The notes below the pieces were generated by a model, which saw only the letters and a program-made list of their open reading frames with translations, ran no database searches and was not told the origin of the DNA. Source: Conexivisphaerales archaeon (GTDB lineage: Archaea > Thermoproteota > Nitrososphaeria > Conexivisphaerales > DTJL01). Taken from it: a stretch of DNA of 28,701 nt. The position numbers were made by a program, and so were the translations under genes. Location: positions 1-28,701 of the forward strand of contig JBEKZX010000017.1 in assembly GCA_049509455.1 (NCBI GenBank), read 5' to 3'. Of the stretch, positions 22,734 to 28,701 are shown one piece after another; the first letter of the stretch is position 1; the number at the start of each line of letters is the position of its first letter.

Positions 22734-23027
22734 CTACTTTGTGGCTGGCTTGTCAGGCTGACTCCCCGCGGGAGCTGAAGCCTGGCCCTCTGCCTTCTTC
22801 GCTTCAGCCTGAAGCTCCTTCTCTATCTCTTCGATGGGCTGAGGCGGAGGGGTCGTCGCCAACGTGTATCCGATCCAAGCGAGGATGCCGAGGACACCCG
22901 CGACCGCTAAGAAGGCGGTCACTTCCAGAACTATCATAGGGAAATACCATATCAGAACGCCGTACGCGATGATGCCGACGATGCTAAGCACGAGAATTGC
23001 GGCCCCAAGCGTCTGGTCCTTGCTCAC
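22734..23027 (-). CDS. Small two-TM membrane protein with a DPM2-like sequence pattern (97 aa)
   Basis: MSKDQTLGAAILVLSIVGIIAYGVLIWYFP...LGILAWIGYTLATTPPPQPIEEIEKEL; has its own TATA box and a GGAGTGA SD. The CDS call is solid; the DPM2 likeness is inferred. Confidence 0.85.
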   Translation of the reverse strand: MSKDQTLGAAILVLSIVGIIAYGVLIWYFPMIVLEVTAFLAVAGVLGILAWIGYTLATTPPPQPIEEIEKELQAEAKKAEGQASAPAGSQPDKPATK

Positions 23028-23070
23028 ACATCTTCACTCCGATTTGCTAAACAAGAGCCAGCCCCTTCAA

Positions 23071-23078
23071 TTATATAA
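23071..23078 (-). promoter_or_regulatory. TATA box for the 2-TM protein gene
   Basis: Consensus-like TTATATAA preceded by GAAACTGC on the minus strand, 44 nt upstream of GTG 23027. Confidence 0.65.
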
Positions 23079-23087
23079 GCAGTTTCT

Positions 23088-24011
23088 TCACAGCTTGCGC
23101 TGCCCCATGGGCCCATAGTCGACGTAGACGAGCTGGAACCCCTCGGGGAGGATCACCAGGCTGTGAGAGTCTATGAGCATCTGCCTCAGCTTCTCCTTGG
23201 AGCCGAAATGCCTCTTGTCGTAGGTGCACATTATGTGCGCCGAGAATGGGAGCTTGGCCCCTAGGGCCTTTTCGAGCTGGGCGACGCCCACCTCTTCCCC
23301 GTACCTGAGAAGGCCACCGTTGTCGATCACCACCCTGACCCCCTTGAAGCCCTTGCCCTTCGCCTCGGTGACAAGATCACGCAGCATGTCGACAGCCTTC
23401 TGAGGACTGAAGACGAAGTTCTCGAAGAAGGACTCCCGGACGCTCAGCACCGAGGTGCGCTTCGTGTCCACGTTGACAGGGAGGCCTCTGCTGGACAGGT
23501 CCCCAGTTATATTGGACCTGTCCGGAGAGCCAGCGATGAGCGCGAACATGAAGTCCTTCTCCACCGCGCCCTTGTAGAACCACTGGATGACTTGCTCCTT
23601 CATCTCGAGGCTGTCGTAGAGCACCATCACGTGCTCGCCCAGCTTCATCTTCTCCATCACGACCATCTGGACCTTGAGGGAGCGGTCGATGTCCTCCAGT
23701 TTCTGAGGGGCTTTATCCAGCGAATCCACGCCGCTCAGCGCCTCGGGGAAGGTCGCCTTCAGGTGCGCCAGGACGAGGGGGTAGAGTATAACGGCCGCGT
23801 TTGCGCCGAGGAGCGCCCCTACCGACTCGACGAAACGGTCGTGGTTATAGACTAGGTCCTCGGGGGAGAGGCCGTAAAGGGCTGATAGCTGCTTCCTGAG
23901 GGCGGGCCAGGCGAGCTCGCCCATCGCTTCGGCAAGTGAGGCGTCCACACTGGCCGCCACCTGTTCTCGAATGTTCTCTGTCCTCGGGAAGTACAGTACC
24001 TTGGTGGACAT
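23088..24011 (-). CDS. MEDS (DcmR-like sensory) domain protein with an N-terminal helical DUF3227/NitrOD5-like domain (307 aa)
   Basis: MEDS pattern: GEHVMVLY, FSPQKAVDML, GFKGVRVVID, IMCTYD and LIDSHS. The N-terminal region L..AMG....L...YGLSPEDL.....F...V..LLG resembles thaumarchaeal DUF3227. Confidence 0.82.
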   Translation of the reverse strand: MSTKVLYFPRTENIREQVAASVDASLAEAMGELAWPALRKQLSALYGLSPEDLVYNHDRFVESVGALLGANAAVILYPLVLAHLKATFPEALSGVDSLDKAPQKLEDIDRSLKVQMVVMEKMKLGEHVMVLYDSLEMKEQVIQWFYKGAVEKDFMFALIAGSPDRSNITGDLSSRGLPVNVDTKRTSVLSVRESFFENFVFSPQKAVDMLRDLVTEAKGKGFKGVRVVIDNGGLLRYGEEVGVAQLEKALGAKLPFSAHIMCTYDKRHFGSKEKLRQMLIDSHSLVILPEGFQLVYVDYGPMGQRKL

Positions 24012-24041
24012 CGCGTCTGCGTGCACTCTTGCGTCTTGAAG

Positions 24042-24049
24042 TTATATAT
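24042..24049 (-). promoter_or_regulatory. TATA box for the MEDS gene
   Basis: Minus strand reads ATATATAA, about 30 nt upstream of ATG 24011. Confidence 0.6.
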
Positions 24050-24140
24050 GTTGGCCCAGCCGCTGGCTTCTCCGTCCTATGCACCGACGTAGCCGTTGAG
24101 CTTCGCGAGCCCGGCGTGCTCCGAGGCTTGCGACATGCCA

Positions 24141-24183
24141 GGGAGGAGACGAATCTTCGGCCATCGTCCGTCTCCCGGTGACG
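24141..24183 (-). repeat. Copy 1 of a two-block repeated element downstream of a TATA-like box
   Basis: Plus strand CGACATGCCA (24141-24150), 19 nt, then GCCATCGTCCGTCT (24170-24183). Both blocks are identical in copy 2. Confidence 0.7.
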
Positions 24184-24209
24184 TCCAATCGGGCTTGATG
24201 AATTAAGAC

Positions 24210-24217
24210 CGTTCGGC
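24210..24217 (-). promoter_or_regulatory. TATA-like box upstream of repeat copy 1
   Basis: Minus strand reads CTTAATTC, ending about 27 nt before the first conserved block. Confidence 0.35.
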
Positions 24218-24220
24218 GGG

Positions 24221-25153
24221 CTACAGGCGAGGGAGCTCAGCAAGGCGGCCGTAGTAGTCGGCGATGACCCGCAGGCCTTCAGCGATGGGGACCTCTGCGA
24301 CGAAGCCCAGCTTCTCCTTGGCCTTCCTCGTGTCGGCCCTCGTCCTCATTACGTAGTTGGTCATGTCCGCCTCAACGTACTTAGGGGCGACCTTGGTCGC
24401 CGTCTCGGCGCAGACCATGTCGACCATGGCGTTGAAACTGGTTTCGGATCCCGTTCCCAAGTTGAACACCTCGAAGCCTTCCCTGCGCGCCGACGCAAGC
24501 ATGAGCCCTTCCACGATGTCCTTTACATAGGTGAGGTCACGCGTCTGCTCGCCCGTCCCGTAGAGGACGGGCTGCCTTCCCTGCTTAACGCTCCAAAGGA
24601 ACTGTGTCAGGGTGTTGGCGTACCGTCCCTTGCCCTCTTCGCGCTCTCCGTAGACGCTGAAGAACCTTAGGGCGGTGCTGCCCACCCCGTGAAGCTTCCA
24701 GTAGAGCTCTCCCAGCCTCTCGACAGCGTAGCGAGCCTCAGTGTAGTAGTCCGTCACCTTGGGGAAGACGCCCTCCGTCCAGGGGAACGGTGACCCATTG
24801 TAGATGGAGCTTGTGGAGGCGACCACCAGCTTGCATCTCGTCTTCTTGGCGAATTCGTAGACTGCTATAGCTTCCGCGACGACGTCAGCCACTAGGCGGG
24901 GGTTCTCCTTGTACATTGGGGAACTGCTGTACATGCCCAGATGGTAGACTATGTCCGCCTCCTTGACGACCGAGGCGATATCGCCCGAAGGCCCCTGGTG
25001 GAGCTTGAAGATGCCGCTCTTCGGGAGGTTTTCCGCTTTACCGGTGTAGAAGTTGTCGATGATCATGACGTCGTCGCCGTCGGCCAGCAGTCTTTCGACA
25101 AGGTGGCTACCGATGAAACCCGCGCCTCCCGTTACGACGGCCTTGAGCTTCAC
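24221..25153 (-). CDS. NAD-dependent NDP-sugar epimerase/dehydratase (extended SDR)
   Basis: TGGAGFIG, ASTSSIY, LRFFSVYG and GTGEQTRDLTYVKD. The catalytic YxxxK reads YTEAR. Confidence 0.95.
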   Translation of the reverse strand: MKLKAVVTGGAGFIGSHLVERLLADGDDVMIIDNFYTGKAENLPKSGIFKLHQGPSGDIASVVKEADIVYHLGMYSSSPMYKENPRLVADVVAEAIAVYEFAKKTRCKLVVASTSSIYNGSPFPWTEGVFPKVTDYYTEARYAVERLGELYWKLHGVGSTALRFFSVYGEREEGKGRYANTLTQFLWSVKQGRQPVLYGTGEQTRDLTYVKDIVEGLMLASARREGFEVFNLGTGSETSFNAMVDMVCAETATKVAPKYVEADMTNYVMRTRADTRKAKEKLGFVAEVPIAEGLRVIADYYGRLAELPRL

Positions 25154-25205
25154 CGAGAAAGCCCTCCCTGAGCTTCTGAGCGACCTTCATAATCGAAGGG
25201 GAGTT

Positions 25206-25254
25206 CGACATGCCAAAGGGCCGACATTGCTGACCTCAACGCCATCGTCCGTCT
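25206..25254 (-). repeat. Copy 2 of the two-block repeated element
   Basis: Plus strand CGACATGCCA (25206-25215), 25 nt, then GCCATCGTCCGTCT (25241-25254). Confidence 0.7.
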
Positions 25255-25283
25255 GCACCCATTCTCCGACGACGTCGGGCCCG

Positions 25284-25291
25284 ATATAAAG
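25284..25291 (-). promoter_or_regulatory. TATA box upstream of repeat copy 2 and the epimerase
   Basis: Minus strand reads TGAAGAC-TTTATATC, ending about 30 nt before the first conserved block. Confidence 0.65.
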
Positions 25292-25438
25292 TCTTCAGCA
25301 AGCTCGGTCACTATCGGTCGACAGCCGATGACCTACAGAATTCTGCGTTGGAGCCCGGCGGCGGCCACCGACTAGATGGTTGGGTTGACCGTCTCCCGCT
25401 TCTTTGCGGTAGCAGGCGCTGCTTGTCGGTCAGCGACC

Positions 25439-28093
25439 CTAGCGGGCTGACCCGTCGGATTGTTCCTGAGGGGCGTCCTCAGGCGAATAGAGGGGAAGGG
25501 TTACGCTCATGGTGGTGCCCTCGCCCAGCTTGCTCCTCACATCTATCCTCCCGCCATGGGCCTCCACAAGGCGCCGGCAAATCGCCAAGCCGAGCCCCAG
25601 TCCCTTCGACTTCGTCGTGAAGAACGGGGTGAAGAGAAGCGCGAGGTTCTCCTCCCCTATGCCCGCGCCCGTGTCGGAGACGTCGATGACGACCTCCTTC
25701 CCGTTGACCTTGGATGTGACCGTCAGCTTGCCGCCGCCGGGCATGGCGTCGACAGCATTGCTGATCAGGTTCTGGAAGACGCGGGTGAGTCTGGTGGTGT
25801 CTCCACTGATCTCGACGTTGTCGTCGAAATCCGTCACCGCCTCGACGCTCTTGGGGATCAAGACGGAGCCCATCGAGGACTTTATGAGAGAGCTCAGAAC
25901 GATCCTGGTCTTCTTGAGCCCCGCCTCCCTCGAGTACTCCAAGAGGTCCTCCACTATTCTGTTGGCATAGAAGACGGCGTTCTGCATGGAGTTCAGGGTT
26001 GCCTCGACTCTGTCCTTCTGCTTCCTCGGCAGGACGTTGTGAAGATAATAGAGGTTCGTGTTGATGGTCGTCAGGGGGTTACGCAGGTCGTGGCCCACTT
26101 GGGCGGAGACTTCACCTATGGTAGCGAGGCGCTGGGCCTTGAGAAGCTTCTCCTGGGCCTCCACCAGTTCACGGCTCCTTTCGTCTACCTTCTTCTCCAG
26201 CTGGCCAGCGTAATCCCTGATTTCGTTGCGGGCTCCCTCCAACTGCTTGAAGAGCCTCGCACTCTCGAGGGCGATAGCGGCCAAGCCTATGAAAAGCTCG
26301 AGCGGGGCCAGCGAAGCCTGGGTGGGCTTCCTGCCGTCCACGGGGTCGTCGATGGAGAGGATGCCCACGATGCGGCCGTCGGAGAGGGTCAGGGGCGTGT
26401 AAAGCAGGTCTTGGGGGCTCCAGTCCACCATCTGCTCAGGCAAGAGGCGACTCTCGATACCTATCTGTGCGGTCTTCTCCCTGATGAAGGGGTCGCTCCA
26501 AGGCAGGTAGTAGAATGAGCCGATCTTGAAGCGTTCGAACTCCGGTCCGAACCTGTCCCTCCAGCTGGGTCCTGAGGACGCCGTCCTCCACAGGTAGTCT
26601 CTTTCTTCATCGCTTAGGCCCGCCGTTACAAGATCCTCCTGTGACACGATGTCCATGTTTTCGTCCCTAGCCGAGATGACGACCCTCCTCCAGCCCAGAT
26701 CCCTCATCGCCTCTGCGATCTTCTGCAACCTCTCGTGGACGTCCCCGGCGCGCAGCGTCTCCGCTGAGCTCCGGAGAAGGAAGGCCAGCTGGTGGGAGCG
26801 CTTCTCAGTCTCTATCCTCTGCTCGAGGTTCCCCATGGCCGTGGCCATGTGCGAAGCCAGTATCTGGAGCAGCTTGATATCGTCGATGTCGAAGGCGTCG
26901 AGCTCCGTGCTCTCGACGGCAATCACGCCCAAGACCTTGCCCTCCAGCTCGACGGGAACGGCCAGCTCCGATTGGACGGAGGGGACGCCAACGACGTAGG
27001 CCTCGTCCTTCGAGACGTCGCGGACGAGGACCGGCTCCTTTGTGCGGGCCGCCCTGACGATGATGCCACCCTGTGAGCCGTCAAGAGGGAGCCTGCGGGC
27101 CATCATGCTCACCTGGCCACGGCTCGAGACCCTCTCGAGGAACTCTCCGCGCACGGTGGCGTAGAGGGCGTGCGCGAACCCCAGGGTCCTCTGGACGGCG
27201 TCCATGGTTATCTCATAAAGGTCCGTCAGGCTCCTCGCTGAGCTGAGCTCCGTGTCGTAAAAGTGCAGGGCCGACAGCCTTTCTTCGAAGACCCTCCTCT
27301 CTTTCTCGGCGAGCCTGCGCTGGGTTACGTCGCGGGCTACGATCTGGAGGGCAGGCGTTCCCCTAAAGGAGACCCGAATCACGGCAGCCTCGGCGTCGGC
27401 GACTCCACCGTCGAGGCGACGGAACTTGACCTCCAGGAGGTTTAGTTCCTGCACGACGTCCGTCCCCTTCTTGACGCTCTCCCTGATGGCGTCAGCGTCG
27501 GAGGGGTCGAAGAATGCTGCCCAGTCCTTACTGACGATATCGTCAGCTTTGGCTGCGCCCACCAGGGCAAGGGCGGCGGCGTTGGCGAAGACGAACTTGC
27601 CTTCGCTGTAGACCAGGATGGCATCGGGAGAGTACTCGACGAGCTGGCGGTACCTATTCTCGCTCTCTTCCAGGTTGCGCTGCACCAGCGTCAGCTCGGT
27701 GATGTCCGTGCCCACGGCCAAGATGGCTACAGGCTCGCTGGAAGCGCTCCGGACCACCCGGTTGGTCCAGTGCACCCAGATCTTCGTTCCGTCCTTCTTG
27801 ACGTTCTCGTTGATGTTGTTGGCGAACCTGACCGGATCGCGGATGACGTCGTCCACTAGCGTGGACGTGTCCTTGCCTGTCGAGTCCACCTTGGGCACGA
27901 TGGTCTCGGAAGCCTTCATACCAATGATTTCATGCCTGTCGTAGCCGAAGAAACGCTCGGCGAATTCGTTGAACGAGATGATGCGCCCGCTGACGTCCAG
28001 CTCGATGATGATGGAGTTGGCGCTTTCGACCAGCTGGCGGTACTTCTCCTCCGATTCACGGAGGGCGATGTCGGCACGGCGGCGCTCTGTCAC
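25439..28093 (-). CDS. Sensor histidine kinase PAS-PAS-GAF-GAF-like-HisKA-HATPase_c; C-terminal part of a split gene
   Basis: Two PAS/PAC domains (FNEFAERFFGY...KKDGT...DIT; ANAAA...RLDG...RDVT) and a GAF (SELAVPV...VLGVIAVES...AF). H-box GHDLRNPL, N-box QNLISNAVDAM, G1 DTGAG and G2 GLGLGL. GTG 28093 is a possible restart; the track extension to 28294 looks like a shadow frame. Confidence 0.93.
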   Translation of the reverse strand: MTERRRADIALRESEEKYRQLVESANSIIIELDVSGRIISFNEFAERFFGYDRHEIIGMKASETIVPKVDSTGKDTSTLVDDVIRDPVRFANNINENVKKDGTKIWVHWTNRVVRSASSEPVAILAVGTDITELTLVQRNLEESENRYRQLVEYSPDAILVYSEGKFVFANAAALALVGAAKADDIVSKDWAAFFDPSDADAIRESVKKGTDVVQELNLLEVKFRRLDGGVADAEAAVIRVSFRGTPALQIVARDVTQRRLAEKERRVFEERLSALHFYDTELSSARSLTDLYEITMDAVQRTLGFAHALYATVRGEFLERVSSRGQVSMMARRLPLDGSQGGIIVRAARTKEPVLVRDVSKDEAYVVGVPSVQSELAVPVELEGKVLGVIAVESTELDAFDIDDIKLLQILASHMATAMGNLEQRIETEKRSHQLAFLLRSSAETLRAGDVHERLQKIAEAMRDLGWRRVVISARDENMDIVSQEDLVTAGLSDEERDYLWRTASSGPSWRDRFGPEFERFKIGSFYYLPWSDPFIREKTAQIGIESRLLPEQMVDWSPQDLLYTPLTLSDGRIVGILSIDDPVDGRKPTQASLAPLELFIGLAAIALESARLFKQLEGARNEIRDYAGQLEKKVDERSRELVEAQEKLLKAQRLATIGEVSAQVGHDLRNPLTTINTNLYYLHNVLPRKQKDRVEATLNSMQNAVFYANRIVEDLLEYSREAGLKKTRIVLSSLIKSSMGSVLIPKSVEAVTDFDDNVEISGDTTRLTRVFQNLISNAVDAMPGGGKLTVTSKVNGKEVVIDVSDTGAGIGEENLALLFTPFFTTKSKGLGLGLAICRRLVEAHGGRIDVRSKLGEGTTMSVTLPLYSPEDAPQEQSDGSAR

Positions 28094-28101
28094 GTCTAAT
28101 A

Positions 28102-28632
28102 TCAGGCCCTCCGGTGAAGCGACGCGGCCTTCCTCTTGATCTGCACGCCCTTCGATGACACGGGGGTCCCTCCCTGCATCAGCTGAGCAAGGTCGGCAAA
28201 CCGAGTCTGGGCGAAGGCGAGCACGTCCTTGTGCCTCCTGCCAATTATCTCCTCCCCCTTCCAGCCGAAGACCTTCTCGGCGGCGGTGTTCCAAATCTTG
28301 ATAGTACCGCCGGAGCTGATTGACTTCATCGGAATGGGGGAGGAGAGCATGAACACCCTTAGGGCTTCGTTGGCGCTGAGCAGCTTTCTCTGGAAGAGCT
28401 CGGTGCGATTGCTGGAACGCCTGACTAGCATGAAGGTGAGGGCGGAAGAGATCAGGATGAAGACGATGGCCGCCGTCTCCGTCTCCAAGGCACCCTGCGA
28501 GAAGCCGGACCCCGACTGATAGAGGAGGAACACGAATGACAAAAGGAGGACGGCAGGCACAGCCGTTGAGGCGACTGCGAAGTAGATCATGGTGGGACTA
28601 TCGTCGCCCTCGTGCCTCGAGCTCACAGCCAC
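28102..28632 (-). CDS. Two TM helices plus an incomplete PAS domain; N-terminal part of the split histidine kinase
   Basis: Two hydrophobic helices, then SSPIPM...IWNTAAEKVFGWKGEEIIG (PAS) and QIKRK. It stops before the PAC is complete; the PAC end DVTERR is in the other frame. Confidence 0.82.
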   Translation of the reverse strand: MAVSSRHEGDDSPTMIYFAVASTAVPAVLLLSFVFLLYQSGSGFSQGALETETAAIVFILISSALTFMLVRRSSNRTELFQRKLLSANEALRVFMLSSPIPMKSISSGGTIKIWNTAAEKVFGWKGEEIIGRRHKDVLAFAQTRFADLAQLMQGGTPVSSKGVQIKRKAASLHRRA

Positions 28633-28653
28633 GGTCTGTACTTAGGACATGTG

Positions 28654-28661
28654 TTTATTTA
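28654..28661 (-). promoter_or_regulatory. TATA-like box for the kinase locus
   Basis: Minus strand reads TAAATAAA, 22 nt upstream of GTG 28632. Confidence 0.4.
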
Positions 28662-28701
28662 CCTTTCAGGCACCGGGCGCGCAGCGAAATCGGTTCGGTC
28701 T

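Noticed and set aside
25460-26518. Long antisense ORFs such as 25460-26518, 17470-18285 and 15296-16159, and most other short track ORFs
   Set aside because: They lie opposite motif-rich genes and have the Arg/Gly/Pro-rich composition typical of shadow frames in high-GC DNA.
28102-28140. Programmed -1 frameshift joining the two kinase halves
   Set aside because: There is no X XXY YYZ slippery heptamer, and a frameshift alone would still leave the PAC too short.
1-28701. CRISPR arrays, tRNA/rRNA genes, transposases, integrases and defence nucleases
   Set aside because: I saw no regularly spaced repeats, cloverleaf or rRNA signatures, or DDE, tyrosine-recombinase or nuclease motifs by eye; a small RNA or MITE could still have been missed.

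Overview
A GC-rich archaeal chromosomal segment. The TBP sequence and TATA-box promoters suggest Nitrososphaerota or a related TACK lineage; this is an inference. Left part: a window-truncated cyclic-nucleotide-binding protein (absent from the ORF track), a DUF1059-like protein, a TBP lacking its first beta-strand, a Zn-ribbon/ABC-2 exporter operon, DinB, an SDR, ferritin, a class III adenylyl cyclase-TolB-like-TPR protein and a CPBP/CAAX protease. Centre (9783-19045): a putative alpha-glucan/glycogen cluster with an atypical NDP-sugar pyrophosphorylase, a GH57 amylase-type enzyme, an amylo-alpha-1,6-glucosidase, a GalT/HIT nucleotidyltransferase, two Rv3032-like GT4 enzymes, a 'half' GT4 and a small wHTH protein. 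The half GT4 lacks only the donor-binding domain and keeps the terminal crossover helix. Right part: a VKOR/DUF929 pair overlapping tail to tail, a Zn-ribbon membrane protein, a motif-degenerate DPM1-like GT2 near a small 2-TM protein with a DPM2-like pattern, a MEDS protein, an NDP-sugar epimerase, and a PAS/GAF histidine kinase split by a frameshift. The epimerase is flanked by two related elements, each just downstream of a TATA-like box. I found no rRNA, tRNA, CRISPR array or transposase. All family calls are from motif recognition by eye; no searches were run.
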